63,575 nt of DNA, filler included, from Acidimicrobiia bacterium (GCA_029210695.1; 5 parts of 5 records of this genome joined end to end with filler, not necessarily neighbours in it); one strand, 5' to 3'. Positions 1-10,528 are shown, counted from the first letter of the whole stretch. The notes: a model not told the origin generated them from the sequence alone. Made by a program: numbers and translations.

Positions 1-75
1 GGTCTCCGGCATCACCCACGACTGGCCCGCCGCCAACCAACCTCACCGAAAGCCACTTTTTCGGCAGCCACCTAG
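1..75. mobile_element. Terminus of an IS (IS5/IS1182-like) inserted at CTAG (72-75)
   Basis: The reverse complement of 55-75 (CTAG GTGGCTGCCGAAAAAGT) is identical to 41692-41712 at another contig end. It interrupts the SirB1-like ORF right after GLPGHFL. Family assignment is from recalled end motifs only. Confidence 0.65.
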
Positions 76-441
76 AAAGTGCCCCGGCAAGCCGACGCCC
101 TGCACTTCGAGGCCTGCTCTGCGCCCGACCTCGATCCAGATCACGGACAAGGAGATGGGGATCCCCTTGCGTCGATCGAGAACCCTATGCAGAAACGAAT
201 TGTCCGGGTGGTGGTAGTCGTCCACGTCGCCGCCGAGTCCCTCGGAGATCGCTACGACCCTCCGCAGTGCCAGATGGCCGCGGCCAACGATGCGCTCCGC
301 CATCCCATCCAGCCGGGCCTCGTAGGCCTCAACGTTGAGGTCGGGGTAAGCGAAGGTAGAGAAGGCAAAGGCGGCCGCGCCGGGTTGACCACTTCGGGCA
401 AGATCTGCGATGTCGAGCGCCGTCTGCAGGTAGGCAGTCAC
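72..441 (-). pseudogene. SirB1/transglutaminase-like (Transglut_core2) protein, 3' part cut off by IS insertion
   Basis: Motifs DYHHPDNSFLHRVLDRRKGIPISLS and GVGLPGHFL; the frame then runs into the IS end and stops at 43. Confidence 0.75.
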
Positions 442-469
442 GCCGTCCAGCGTACCGACCTGGATCCGA

Positions 470-1369
470 CTATCCGGGGAAACCCAGGCGGTCCAGCAAC
501 TCAGGTTGTTGCTGCCAGTCCTTCTCGACCCGGACCCGGAGCTCGAGAAACACTTTCGTGCCGAGAATGGTCTCGAGTTCAGCGCGAGCTTCGCTCCCGG
601 CCGTTTTTAACATATCTCCGCCCTTGCCGATGATTATCCCCTTCTGCGAGGAGCGCTCGACGATGGCCACCGCGTCGATGTACAACGTTCCCGAGTCGCG
701 CTGCTCCATCTCCCGTACGATGACCGTCAGGCTGTGCGGTAATTCGTCGCGAAGTCGGTTGAGGAACTTCTCGCGGATAATCTCCCCAATGAGTTGCTGC
801 TCCGGCTGATCCGAGACGGCCTCGATCGGGAAATAGAGCGGTCCTTCCGGTAGGCGGGCCACGAGTTCGTCGAGCAGCGGCTCCAGTGCCTCCCCCACAA
901 GCGCACTAGCCGGAACGTAGGCATCAAAATCCCACTCGGCGGCCTCGAGCAGGCGCTCGAGCACAACCGGTTTGGCGGCCACATCGATCTTGTTGACCAC
1001 CAGGACAACAGGGGTCCCTGCGTCGATCAGGCGCTGGGCGATGAGCCGATCACCCGGCCCGACCGGCTGCCGCGCATCGAGCAAAAAGAGATTCACATCT
1101 GATTCTGCCAGCGTCCCGTAGACCAGCTTGTTTAGTCGCTCGCCCAGTGCGGTCTTCGGCTTGTGCAGCCCCGGCGTGTCGACCAGTACCAGCTGAGACT
1201 CGGGCTCTCCGGCCGGATCCCGACGAGTCACGACTCCCCGGATCGTGTTGCGAGTGGTCTGGGGACGCTTCGAGGTGATTGCGACCTTGCTACCGACCAG
1301 CGCGTTGACGAGGGTCGACTTCCCGACATTCGGTCTTCCGACAACGGCGACAAACCCGGAGCGCGTCAT
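470..1369 (-). CDS. era: GTPase Era
   Basis: GRPNVGKS, PQTTR, DTPG, NKID, KH domain GIIIGKGG. Confidence 0.97.
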   Translation of the reverse strand: MTRSGFVAVVGRPNVGKSTLVNALVGSKVAITSKRPQTTRNTIRGVVTRRDPAGEPESQLVLVDTPGLHKPKTALGERLNKLVYGTLAESDVNLFLLDARQPVGPGDRLIAQRLIDAGTPVVLVVNKIDVAAKPVVLERLLEAAEWDFDAYVPASALVGEALEPLLDELVARLPEGPLYFPIEAVSDQPEQQLIGEIIREKFLNRLRDELPHSLTVIVREMEQRDSGTLYIDAVAIVERSSQKGIIIGKGGDMLKTAGSEARAELETILGTKVFLELRVRVEKDWQQQPELLDRLGFPG

Positions 1370-2541
1370 GCGTCGAGACGAGATGCGGTGACCTGCGCGA
1401 CCCGCCTGCCTTGCACACGGGTGGCAGTCAGGATGATGCCTTCGACCTCGAAGGTCTCCCCTTCAAACGGCACCCTCCCGGCCAGGCCGAGAACCAGACC
1501 GCCGACCGTATCCCATTCCTCATCAGGCAGGTCGACGCCGAGGAGCTCACTGAGCTCTTCGACCGGCAGACGGGCATCCACCAGGTAGCTGCCATCGTCT
1601 GCAACTTCGACCATCGCCTCCTCGGTGTCGTGCTCGTCGACGATCTCACCGACAAGCTCCTCGATGAGATCTTCAATCGTGACGATCCCGGCGGTGCCGC
1701 CGGATTCGTCGACGACGACGGCGATGTGGACTTTGCCCGACTGCATATCGCGCAAGAGGTCTGAGACCCGCTTGGTTTCCGGTACGAAATAGGCCGACCG
1801 CATGAGTTGAGCGACTGCGGCGGGCGCCGAGCCCTCATCCAGGAAGCGGAGCAGATCCTTGGCGTAGACGATCCCCCGAATATCGTCGAGTCCCTCCCCC
1901 GTCACCGGCAAGCGCGAATACCCGTGCTCGACCACGATGTCGACGGCCAGATCGCTCACGTCGTTTTCGCGGATGGTGACCATGTCCGTCCGCGGCACCA
2001 TCACCTCCCGCACGATCGTGTCGGAGAAGTCCAGCACGCTCGAAATCAAGTCGATCTCTTCGCGATCCTGCGACTCCTGTTCGACCACCTCCTCGGTGTC
2101 CTCTTCCTCTTCGAGCAGAAAGTCGGAGGCGCGGCCGCCGATGGCAACTGCCCACCTGAGGATGGGGACCAACTGGTAAGCGAGGATGCGAGGATTGTGC
2201 CTGCCGAGCGAACGCGGCAGCAGATCACCGATCAGGATGACGGCCAACCCCAACCCCGCCAGAGCCAGGGCGAGCGGCCAGCCATTCGCTGCCTCCGCCA
2301 TTGCCCAGCCTGCCGGGAGCACTGCCGCCACCAGCGTGGCCGAATGCACCATGCCGATCGCCGGTTGAATGCGGTTGCGATCATCGAGGAGTTCCGCCAC
2401 CGTTGCAGCTCGAGGATTGCCTTCGGCGGCGTCGTAGAGGGCGTCGGCCCGATGCGTGGTCACCAGGGAAGCTCCTCCGGCGCGCAACGCGGCGGCGATG
2501 AGCAGCAACAACAGCGACAGGGCGAGGGCGACGGCCGTCAT
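1366..2541 (-). CDS. Hemolysin-family/CorC-like protein (CNNM/DUF21 + CBS pair + CorC_HlyC)
   Basis: N-terminal TM helices, [38 protein letters not shown]; usual position between ybeY and era. Confidence 0.92.
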   Translation of the reverse strand: MTAVALALSLLLLLIAAALRAGGASLVTTHRADALYDAAEGNPRAATVAELLDDRNRIQPAIGMVHSATLVAAVLPAGWAMAEAANGWPLALALAGLGLAVILIGDLLPRSLGRHNPRILAYQLVPILRWAVAIGGRASDFLLEEEEDTEEVVEQESQDREEIDLISSVLDFSDTIVREVMVPRTDMVTIRENDVSDLAVDIVVEHGYSRLPVTGEGLDDIRGIVYAKDLLRFLDEGSAPAAVAQLMRSAYFVPETKRVSDLLRDMQSGKVHIAVVVDESGGTAGIVTIEDLIEELVGEIVDEHDTEEAMVEVADDGSYLVDARLPVEELSELLGVDLPDEEWDTVGGLVLGLAGRVPFEGETFEVEGIILTATRVQGRRVAQVTASRLDA

Positions 2542-3002
2542 GGCCGTGTTCTGCCGACCATTTTGAGAAGTTGCTCCTCCCGATGTTCCATTGCCTCCGC
2601 GTCTGCGTCATCCAGGTGGTCGTAACCGAGGAGATGGAGGATGCCGTGGGTAACCATGAGCGCCAGTTCGTCATCGTAGGTGATCTGCCGGCTCTCAGCC
2701 TGCCTGCGGATGTAGGTGGGCGCAATGATCACATCCCCGAGATTCAAGGGCGGCCCGTTGACCGGTGGCGCGGGGATCAGGCCGGGGGCGAGGTGCTCGA
2801 GGGGAAATGCGAGCACATCCGTCGGTCCCTCCTTGGACATGAACTTCTCGTTGTAATCGGCCATTTGCTCATCGGCAACGGCCAGCACGGTTACCTCCGT
2901 ACCTGGGGCAAGTCCCTCCGCCTCCAGCACCACCTCGGCGAGCTTGCGAAGCTCGGCTGCCGGGAGCGGCTCCGCCTGCTCATCGGCAAAGAACACGTTC
3001 AT
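2538..3002 (-). CDS. ybeY: rRNA maturation endoribonuclease YbeY
   Basis: PTDVLAF, LGDVII, HGILHLLGYDH. Confidence 0.96.
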   Translation of the reverse strand: MNVFFADEQAEPLPAAELRKLAEVVLEAEGLAPGTEVTVLAVADEQMADYNEKFMSKEGPTDVLAFPLEHLAPGLIPAPPVNGPPLNLGDVIIAPTYIRRQAESRQITYDDELALMVTHGILHLLGYDHLDDADAEAMEHREEQLLKMVGRTRP

Positions 3003-5710
3003 TCGCCGTCCTCACGGGCTCGCCCGGTCAGTTGTCCGGAAGTGTCACTCTCCGGAGCCTCAGCGCCGGAAGGCTCATCTGGAGGAGGCTCGGCGGACGT
3101 CTGAACGCTGCCCGGGAAGTTCGGGTACGGGATCCGCTGGTGGTAGTGCCCGATGAGCGCGTCGACGAACGCGTCCTTGACTTTGGTGAGGTCTCCCATG
3201 GTGAGATCGCACTCGGTCAACTGGCCGTCGGCCACCTTCTCGCCCACCACCCGATCACACACAGCCCGGATGCTGTCCGGGGACGGATCCTCGTCCTGGA
3301 ACACCGCACGAACCGCGCCTTCGAGGGCATCGGCCATCATCAAGATCGCCATTTCCTTCGAAAGCGGCTTGTGGCCGGCGTGCCGGTAGGTCTCAACGTC
3401 CACGTTCTCATCACCGTATCGGGCCCTGGCCTTCTGATAGAAGTACTGCATGATGCCGTCACCATGATGCGAGAGGATCCCTTCAGCCACTTCGCTCGGG
3501 ATCCGGTACTGCCTGGCGAGCGCAATCCCGTCGGTGACATGTTTGCGGATGACTTCGGCCGATTCCTCCGGTGGGAGCAGATCATGCGGATTGGAGATAC
3601 CGAATTGATTCTCGATGAAGAAGGCGGGGTTCTGGGTCTTGCCCAGATCGTGGTAATAGGCGGCGGCCAGCGCGAGGAGGTTGTTCGCCCCGATCGAGCG
3701 AGCGGCCTTGTCGACCAGGGTGCCCACCATCAACGAGTGGTTGAACGAACCCCACGCTTCCTCCTGAAGGAGTTGCAGCGCCGGGTGGTTTCGATCAATG
3801 ACGTCGAGTAACCGGAGCGTCGTCGTGATATCGAATGCAGACTCGAAGAACGACAACGCAGCCAGGGCTACGAGGCTCGTGGCCAGCGTGGTCACGAAAG
3901 CGATGAGTGTTGCCTGCATCACGATGGAAGCTGGATCATCGGTCCCGGGACTGTGAAAGAACCATGACATGACGGCCGCCACCATCGACACGGCCACCGA
4001 CGAGTAGAGGATGGCCCGCCGCAGGTCTCCCCTGGTCGAGATGGAAGACACGAAGAGTATCGGTGCCATCGCTGAGACCAGGGCGAAGGCGGCGAAGCCG
4101 CTGTCCCCCGTCGCCAGCGCAGTCAGCACGGACGTCACGAGGGCCACGAGCACACCGATGCGAGGATCGAACAAGATGGCCGCCATGAACCCAAGCGCGG
4201 CAGCCGGTACCGCATAGCCCGCCAAACCGGTCAGGACATCGAACACCGACTCCATTGCGACTGCCCCGCGCGCCCCGGCCGATGCGAGAACGATCAGGAT
4301 GCCGAACAGCGTCACCCTCCGGCTCGCAGCCCAGAACGTGGGTCTAAACCTGGCGAGATAGATCATTACGACGATGACCGTGAGCGCGACGACGGCGGCC
4401 AGCTGGTAGTACTCAAAGGTCGCCGCTACATGGAGCTTGGCGCTATCGATCGCATTGAGAGCGGCTGCAGTCAAGATGTCGCGCTCCAGCACGATGGTCG
4501 AACCGGCCCGGAAGGTGGCCATCTCATCTTCCACCGCGTCTGCCGCCGCCTGGCGGGCAGCCTCGGTGGCCGTTTCGTCGTAGACGCGGTTGGGCAGCAG
4601 GTAGTCACTGACTATCTCACCGGCTGCCACACCCGCCGCTTCGTTGCTCTCGCCATCGAGTCGCACCAACGGCGGAGCCGCCCGCAACTGCTGACGGGCG
4701 GTGAGCACCTGATCGCCGTCGAGTCCTTCGCCAAGTAGTTCGTTCGCTCGCCGCAGGGCCGCATCTTCAACCTCGGCGAGGTATACCGACGAGCCCTCCA
4801 GGCGGCGCATCACGTCGTCGATCGCCAGGCGCACCAGTGTTTCGACCGTGGCCGCGTCGAGCAGCGTGGCCTCGGACAACGCGGCTTCCTGGGTCTCGAG
4901 CGTCGTCAGGAAGGGCCGGAATCCGATGGCGGGCAGGTCGACGATCGCGTTCTCGGTGGCGGTGAGTTCGTCGAGCCACGGTTCGGTGGAGATCCCGAAA
5001 CCTTCCGGGAAGTCGCGATCTTGGCCGTCGATCCCCACGCGGATGGTGCCGACCACGACGTCGGCGAAGTTGAAGGCCCCGTCTGCGCCGGTCTCGGTCG
5101 TATGTTCTACGTTGGCTCCGTCGACCAGCACCACGGTGATCCGCGGAAGGGGCAGGTCGCCGTCCTCCGGTTCAAACAGGCCGTCTGGATCGACTCCCAG
5201 CGTGTCCGCATCGATGAACGCAAAGCCGCTCACCTGGGTGACGGCCGGCTCAGGAGGAAGCGTGGTTACCGTGGTGGTTGTCGAATCACCGGCCACCGTC
5301 GTACCCGTCGGCTCGGGTTCGGTGGTGGAAGTCGGCGCGGTCGGCGTTGACTCCGGCAGAGGGGTCAGCGCCGGAATTTGGTCGGCCGGCAGGAATACAC
5401 CATCGCGGACCGCGTCGAAGACCGCCTCGATATCGACGAGTACCTTGGCGTTGATCGACGGATCGACGCTGAAGATCCTGGCGACGCCATCGGCTGCCTC
5501 ACGCCGCGCAGCTTCGGTCAGCACTGGATCCGGAACCACGATGTCATCAGTTCCGGCGGGTGCGATGAAGGTCTTCGGCGATGGATCACCCACAACGAGT
5601 TCATCAATGCGCGTCTGCTGGTTGATTGCCAGAAGACCGAAGGTGGCGGCAATCGTTACCACCAGCACTCCGGCCCGAATCAACCAGACCCTGCTGCGCG
5701 CGGAGGTCAT
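2999..5710 (-). CDS. 7TM-HD(IG) membrane phosphohydrolase (PgpH-like) with an extra SdrD-B-like extracellular domain
   Basis: N-terminal TM, large ectodomain, ~7 TM helices, then HSLMV...YYHDLGK...FFIENQ...HHG...MADALE; conserved phoH-HD-ybeY order. Confidence 0.88.
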   Translation of the reverse strand: MTSARSRVWLIRAGVLVVTIAATFGLLAINQQTRIDELVVGDPSPKTFIAPAGTDDIVVPDPVLTEAARREAADGVARIFSVDPSINAKVLVDIEAVFDAVRDGVFLPADQIPALTPLPESTPTAPTSTTEPEPTGTTVAGDSTTTTVTTLPPEPAVTQVSGFAFIDADTLGVDPDGLFEPEDGDLPLPRITVVLVDGANVEHTTETGADGAFNFADVVVGTIRVGIDGQDRDFPEGFGISTEPWLDELTATENAIVDLPAIGFRPFLTTLETQEAALSEATLLDAATVETLVRLAIDDVMRRLEGSSVYLAEVEDAALRRANELLGEGLDGDQVLTARQQLRAAPPLVRLDGESNEAAGVAAGEIVSDYLLPNRVYDETATEAARQAAADAVEDEMATFRAGSTIVLERDILTAAALNAIDSAKLHVAATFEYYQLAAVVALTVIVVMIYLARFRPTFWAASRRVTLFGILIVLASAGARGAVAMESVFDVLTGLAGYAVPAAALGFMAAILFDPRIGVLVALVTSVLTALATGDSGFAAFALVSAMAPILFVSSISTRGDLRRAILYSSVAVSMVAAVMSWFFHSPGTDDPASIVMQATLIAFVTTLATSLVALAALSFFESAFDITTTLRLLDVIDRNHPALQLLQEEAWGSFNHSLMVGTLVDKAARSIGANNLLALAAAYYHDLGKTQNPAFFIENQFGISNPHDLLPPEESAEVIRKHVTDGIALARQYRIPSEVAEGILSHHGDGIMQYFYQKARARYGDENVDVETYRHAGHKPLSKEMAILMMADALEGAVRAVFQDEDPSPDSIRAVCDRVVGEKVADGQLTECDLTMGDLTKVKDAFVDALIGHYHQRIPYPNFPGSVQTSAEPPPDEPSGAEAPESDTSGQLTGRAREDGE

Positions 5711-6687
5711 GCGTTATCGCCTTTTGCATCGTGACGGCCGTACGCCTCGACAATGTCCGCCACGATCTTGGCGCGCACGACATCGCGAGCGGTCAACTCG
5801 GTGAAGTTGATCCCGGGTATCCCGATCAGGATGCCGCGCACGAGCTTGAGCCCGGATCCTCTCTCAGTCGGCAAATCGATCTGTGTGACGTCCCCGGTGA
5901 TCACCATCTTCGAATTAAAACCCAACCGGGTGAGAAACATCTTCATTTGTTCCGGCGACGTGTTCTGCGCTTCATCGAGGATCACATATGCGTCGTTGAG
6001 CGTCCGGCCACGCATGTAGGCGAGCGGGGCAATTTCTATGATCCCGTGCTCCATCAGCCTGGCCGTTTCGTCCGCACCGAGCATGTCGTACAGCGCGTCG
6101 TAGAGCGGCCGCAAGTACGGGTCGATCTTCGCCGAGAGGTCGCCGGGCAGAAACCCGAGTCGCTCTCCGGCTTCGACGGCCGGACGGGTCAGCAGTATCC
6201 GACGAGACGCACCCGATCGCAACGCTTCGACTGCGGCGGCCATCGCCAGATAGGTCTTGCCGGTTCCGGCGGGTCCAATCCCGAACACAATTGTGTTGTC
6301 ACGAATGGCATCGATATAGCGCCGCTGCCCCATCGTCTTGGGACGGATGATCCGCCCACCTCCAACGGGTATCCCGGACGCAAATACACCGGATGGGCTC
6401 GGGACCTCGTCACGGACCATCTGGACGACGCGATCGATCTGGTCGCCATCGAGACGCTGATTCTCCTGGACCACGAGGAGGAGTTCGGCCAGCACCGTAT
6501 GGGCGCTGGCCGCGTCCAGTTCGGGGCCATTCAGCTGGAACTCGTTTCCGCGCGCGACAATATTGACCTTCGGAAAGGCCGTCTCGACGCGCCGCAAGAA
6601 CTCGTCCTGCTCTCCCAGGAGATCCAGCATCAAGTGATTGCTGGGTACGCGCAGCCGCAATTCGGAAGTGGATGCGCTAGATAGCAA
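5707..6687 (-). CDS. phoH: PhoH-family ATPase (YbeZ-type)
   Basis: GPAGTGKT, RPAVEAGERLGFLPG, YMRGRT, LDEAQN, TGDVTQIDLP. Confidence 0.96.
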   Translation of the reverse strand: MLSSASTSELRLRVPSNHLMLDLLGEQDEFLRRVETAFPKVNIVARGNEFQLNGPELDAASAHTVLAELLLVVQENQRLDGDQIDRVVQMVRDEVPSPSGVFASGIPVGGGRIIRPKTMGQRRYIDAIRDNTIVFGIGPAGTGKTYLAMAAAVEALRSGASRRILLTRPAVEAGERLGFLPGDLSAKIDPYLRPLYDALYDMLGADETARLMEHGIIEIAPLAYMRGRTLNDAYVILDEAQNTSPEQMKMFLTRLGFNSKMVITGDVTQIDLPTERGSGLKLVRGILIGIPGINFTELTARDVVRAKIVADIVEAYGRHDAKGDNA

Positions 6688-6802
6688 TGATTCCTCTACA
6701 GGAGGTATGCATAGGGGGAAACAGGAGTATAGAGAAACAACGGCTCATCTCGAAAGGGAAAACGCCGGGAAGCGATGTGGAGTTCCTCGTCGGGAATCAG
6801 GC

Positions 6803-7135
6803 TCAGCGGTCTGACCACCCGCCCATGAGATGAAAGTGCACGTGAAAAACGGTTTGACCTGCAGCCGGACCGACATTCGTAACGATCCGCCAACCTTCTT
6901 CGAGCCCCTCATCCGCGGCAATGGTCGCCGCCAGACCCATGAGCTCTGCCAGCCAGCCGGCGTCATCCGGCCCCAAGTCGGCGACGGAGTCCGCCACGTG
7001 CTCCTTCGGAATCAGAAGGACATGAGTGGGGGCATGGGGGTGGATATCGCGAAAGGCGAACAGCCGATCCGTCTCGGCAACCAGCGACGACGGAATCTCG
7101 CCGGCGACGATCTTGCAGAACACACAGTCGGTCAC
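6803..7135 (-). CDS. Histidine triad (HIT) nucleotide-binding protein
   Basis: DCVFCKIV start (GTG 7135), FRDIHP, QTVFHVHFH. Confidence 0.93.
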   Translation of the reverse strand: MTDCVFCKIVAGEIPSSLVAETDRLFAFRDIHPHAPTHVLLIPKEHVADSVADLGPDDAGWLAELMGLAATIAADEGLEEGWRIVTNVGPAAGQTVFHVHFHLMGGWSDR

Positions 7136-7184
7136 GCCTTCTCCCAACAGTCGGCCAATCGGCACGAACAGAGATCGGTGAGGA

Positions 7185-7664
7185 CTAGATCGTCCTGTCA
7201 ACCCCGAGCGTTGCTAGTACGTCCACGATGGACTCCTCCGACTGATGGAGCAACCCGGCGAGCAAGCGCAGGTCACTCGATCGGATCGTGAGGACCCGCC
7301 CGTTGAAGTCCTGTCGCATGATCTGAATCGCTCTCATGAACCGCTCGACGATATCGGCCGACGAGTCGTTTTCGAGGCGACTCAGGTCGATGCTCACGCC
7401 ACCGGTTGGAGTCCCGTGATCAGAGGCGTGGGATGATCGCTCATCAGGTGGAAGCAACTGGTCGACCGGAACGCCGTAGAACGAAGCAAGACGCTGCATT
7501 CTGGGCAATGACAAGCTTCTCTCTCCGCGTTCGTAAGCGCCGAGAACAGAAGCCTTGAACTCGAGTTCGGAGTTCGCTTCGACATCTTGCAGAGACAGGC
7601 CTTTTTGCTTGCGAATCGAACGCAAGCGCCGACCTACGGCCTCGTTATAGGACGATTCGATCAT
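7185..7664 (-). CDS. bldD: BldD-like XRE regulator with c-di-GMP-binding C-terminal domain
   Basis: HTH LRSIRKQKGLSLQDVE...GAYERGER...LASFYGVPV; C-terminal RQD-FNGRVLTI-RSSD matches RxD-X8-RxxD; GGAGG RBS. Confidence 0.82.
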   Translation of the reverse strand: MIESSYNEAVGRRLRSIRKQKGLSLQDVEANSELEFKASVLGAYERGERSLSLPRMQRLASFYGVPVDQLLPPDERSSHASDHGTPTGGVSIDLSRLENDSSADIVERFMRAIQIMRQDFNGRVLTIRSSDLRLLAGLLHQSEESIVDVLATLGVDRTI

Positions 7665-7718
7665 TCACGGCCCTCCTCCATAGTCAACAGTACCAGACAT
7701 GGACCCGCGCGGAAAGGG

Positions 7719-8402
7719 TCACTGAGGGTGAGATTTATTTTTCTTCCAGAGAACGTTATCACCGAGAAGGGCCCCAGCCCCGACAATCGCGGCGGTCTCG
7801 GTGCGCAGGACGCGTTCGGACAGTGCGATCCGGGCGGCGCGGTGCGGGATTTCCTCGTCGTGAAGCCCTGCCTCAGGACCGACCACCAGGGTGTAACGAG
7901 GCAACCCGGAGGGCACCGCATCCCTGCCATGGAGATCGCCGACCAACAGCGGTTCGTCGAGTTCATCGAGACCAACTGGCCCTGAGATGCTCATCAGGTG
8001 GGCGCCTCTCGATTGCTCGAGGGCACCGATTGCCCAGGCGCGGGCCTTCTGCTCGGCCGGCGGCGTTCCCTGCCCGAACCTGGTAGTGATCCAACGCAGT
8101 TCATCCACGCCCAGTTCGGCGAGTTTCTCAACGAGAAACCGGACTCGATCATTCGAACGGGGCGGTGCCACCGCCAGGCACAGCTCAGGAGATCTCCGGC
8201 CGACCAGGAGCTCATCTCCCCGAACGACGGTCGAACCGGTAAACGTTCCCTCGCCGGTGAGTCCGGCACCGTCGGTATAGGAGACAACGGCTCCACTCGG
8301 CCGGCGCAACACTCTGGTCAAATGACCCATCTGACGATCTTCGAGCCCAATCGCGGATGCCATCCAGGGCCCCGGTAGGTAGAGATGCGGGACGTGCGCC
8401 AT
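7719..8402 (-). CDS. rsmE: 16S rRNA m3U1498 methyltransferase RsmE
   Basis: HLTRVLR, EKLAELGV, EQSR, VGPEAGL, RVLRTETA; follows dnaJ. Confidence 0.93.
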   Translation of the reverse strand: MAHVPHLYLPGPWMASAIGLEDRQMGHLTRVLRRPSGAVVSYTDGAGLTGEGTFTGSTVVRGDELLVGRRSPELCLAVAPPRSNDRVRFLVEKLAELGVDELRWITTRFGQGTPPAEQKARAWAIGALEQSRGAHLMSISGPVGLDELDEPLLVGDLHGRDAVPSGLPRYTLVVGPEAGLHDEEIPHRAARIALSERVLRTETAAIVGAGALLGDNVLWKKNKSHPQ

Positions 8403-9488
8403 TCAGCGCACCTTGCGACGACGCCGCCCCGTCGCCACCGCTTCCCCCGTCAGTCCCGCATAGGTCCGCAACAAGGATTCCTGCTCGCCGTCGAGACGGG
8501 TCGGAACCACGAGGTCGACGTGCACGAGCAGGTCCCCTCTGCCGCGCCGACCGAGCCGCGGAACACCTTCGCCGGCCAGCCTGAACACAGAACCCGGTTG
8601 AGTTCCGGCCGGGATGGTCAGTTCCGTTTCTCCACCATCCAGAAGCGGCACCACTGCCTCAAATCCGAGCGCTGCCTGGGCAAGGCCGACCCGAAGTGGG
8701 TGATGGAGGTTGATCCCGTCTCGCTCGAATCGGGAATCCGGCCGCACCCGGATCTCGACGTAGAGATCACCGGCGGCACTCGCGCGGGCCCCTGCCTCGC
8801 CCTGACCGGTAATCCGGAGACGAGTGCCGTCGGATACCCCGGGTGGGATCTCGACGCTGGCGGACCGCTCGCTCTCCATGACCCCGCTGCCACGGCAATC
8901 CCGGCAGGGATCTGGAATGACTTCGCCCGTTCCCGAGCATCGGTCGCAAGGGGCGATCGACATCATCGAGCCAAACATCGTGCGCCGTGCTACACGCACG
9001 GAGCCAGCGCCGCCACAGTTAGCGCAGGTCTCCGGGTGGGTTCCGGGAGCCGCACCGTTGCCAGAGCAGGTGTCACACGTAACGGCGGCGCGAAACTCCA
9101 CCGAAGAGTTCGTTCCGAAGGCGGCGTCCGTCAGGTCTATCTCGACCGGCACGAGCACATCCCGTCCCCTTTGGCCCGCTTGTCGCCTGGTGCCTCCGAA
9201 CAGCCCGCTATCACCGAACACCGAACGGAGGAGATCGTCAAAAGTGCCGAGGTTCGAGAAGAGGTCACCGATGTCGACTCGATCACCACGGTCGTATCTC
9301 TGCCTCCGGTGTGGATCCGAGAGAACTTCATATGCCTCGGCAACTTCGCGGAATCTCGATTCAGCAGTCGGGTCGTCCGGATTGGCATCCGGATGCGAGG
9401 CGCGCGCCAATCGACGGAAGGCCTTCTTGATCTCTTCGGGGTCGGCATCGCGCGCAACGCCCAGGACTTCGTAGTAATCAGATGCCAT
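8403..9488 (-). CDS. dnaJ: Chaperone DnaJ (hrcA-linked, DnaJ2-type)
   Basis: J domain HPD, four CxxCxGxG repeats. Confidence 0.97.
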   Translation of the reverse strand: MASDYYEVLGVARDADPEEIKKAFRRLARASHPDANPDDPTAESRFREVAEAYEVLSDPHRRQRYDRGDRVDIGDLFSNLGTFDDLLRSVFGDSGLFGGTRRQAGQRGRDVLVPVEIDLTDAAFGTNSSVEFRAAVTCDTCSGNGAAPGTHPETCANCGGAGSVRVARRTMFGSMMSIAPCDRCSGTGEVIPDPCRDCRGSGVMESERSASVEIPPGVSDGTRLRITGQGEAGARASAAGDLYVEIRVRPDSRFERDGINLHHPLRVGLAQAALGFEAVVPLLDGGETELTIPAGTQPGSVFRLAGEGVPRLGRRGRGDLLVHVDLVVPTRLDGEQESLLRTYAGLTGEAVATGRRRRKVR

Positions 9489-9490
9489 GG

Positions 9491-10498
9491 TCAGGATCCG
9501 AGGTTATCGGCGAGGTTGTCGCTGACCTCTTCGACGATTGAGATCGTGCGCCGGTAGTCCATTCGCATCGGTCCAAACACTCCGATTCGACCGGCGGCGA
9601 CTCCACCAACCTCGTAGGGAGTGGAGATCATGGCGAGATCCACGTCATCCTGCATGGGGAGCTCTTGTCCGATCTGAATGACCGTGCCGGGTGGTGCAGA
9701 AGCCATGATGCTCATGACCAGCGTTTCGCGCTCGAGCATGCCCAGCACGCGGTGCACCGTCGACAGGTCTTCCCAGAGCGAAGCCATCTGGCTGGTCCCT
9801 CCGACATACACGTCTCTAGCCATGTCCTCACAACGACGAACCGCGTCGAGCGCCGCTTCGACGACTTCTCGTGTCGCCTCAGATAGATCGCCCGGCATTT
9901 CATCCACCAGGGTGTCGATACCGGAAAGCAGCCGGCCGTTGAGCATCCCACCCAGAACTCGCTCGGCTCCGGGCACGATCGCATCGTCAACCGGGTTCGC
10001 CATCGTTAGAACTTCTTTGCTCACTCGTCCGGCATCACTCACGAGGATCAGCAGCACGGCGTGCCCTCCGAGTGGCACGAGGCTGACCCCGTGAACCTGT
10101 TCGCCGGACATACCGGGACCGGTGACGATGGCCGGATATTTGCTGAGATCCGCCACGAGCTCACTGGTGGACTTGAGGAGCCTGCCGAGCTCCTGATGTA
10201 CCGATGAGAAGAATCCACGGATCTTCTCCCGCGTCGATGCACGCAGCCGGCGCGGAGTCAGATGATCGACGTAGTAGCGGTAGGCACGCCCGGTCGGTAC
10301 ACGTCCGGCACTGGTATGTGGCTGGATCGCCATGCCTTCGCGGTCGAGCGCGGCCAGATCATTCCGAATCGTGGCAGGCGATACGTGCAGCGCTGAGTGC
10401 TCGAGAATGGCGCGCGAACTCACGGGCTCCCCTGAGGCTATGTATTCCTCAACGAGGACACGGAGCACTTCGGACTTGCGCTCGTCCAACACGACCAC
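9491..10498 (-). CDS. hrcA: Heat-inducible repressor HrcA (start may be GTG 10492)
   Basis: [34 protein letters not shown]. Confidence 0.96.
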   Translation of the reverse strand: MVVLDERKSEVLRVLVEEYIASGEPVSSRAILEHSALHVSPATIRNDLAALDREGMAIQPHTSAGRVPTGRAYRYYVDHLTPRRLRASTREKIRGFFSSVHQELGRLLKSTSELVADLSKYPAIVTGPGMSGEQVHGVSLVPLGGHAVLLILVSDAGRVSKEVLTMANPVDDAIVPGAERVLGGMLNGRLLSGIDTLVDEMPGDLSEATREVVEAALDAVRRCEDMARDVYVGGTSQMASLWEDLSTVHRVLGMLERETLVMSIMASAPPGTVIQIGQELPMQDDVDLAMISTPYEVGGVAAGRIGVFGPMRMDYRRTISIVEEVSDNLADNLGS

Positions 10499-10501
10499 AC
10501 G

Positions 10502-10528
10502 TTAGCAGTCACCAGACGCGAGTGCTAA
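10502..10528. promoter_or_regulatory. CIRCE operator (HrcA site) overlapping the hemW stop codon
   Basis: TTAGCAGTC-N9-GAGTGCTAA, 1 mismatch to the consensus TTAGCACTC-N9-GAGTGCTAA, immediately upstream of hrcA. Confidence 0.93.

Noticed and set aside
4848..6684. Long antisense or alternate-frame ORFs (4848-5804, 5626-6684, and also 8385-9557, 42246-43472, 62410-63378)
   Set aside because: Shadows of well-supported genes in high-GC DNA; no motifs.
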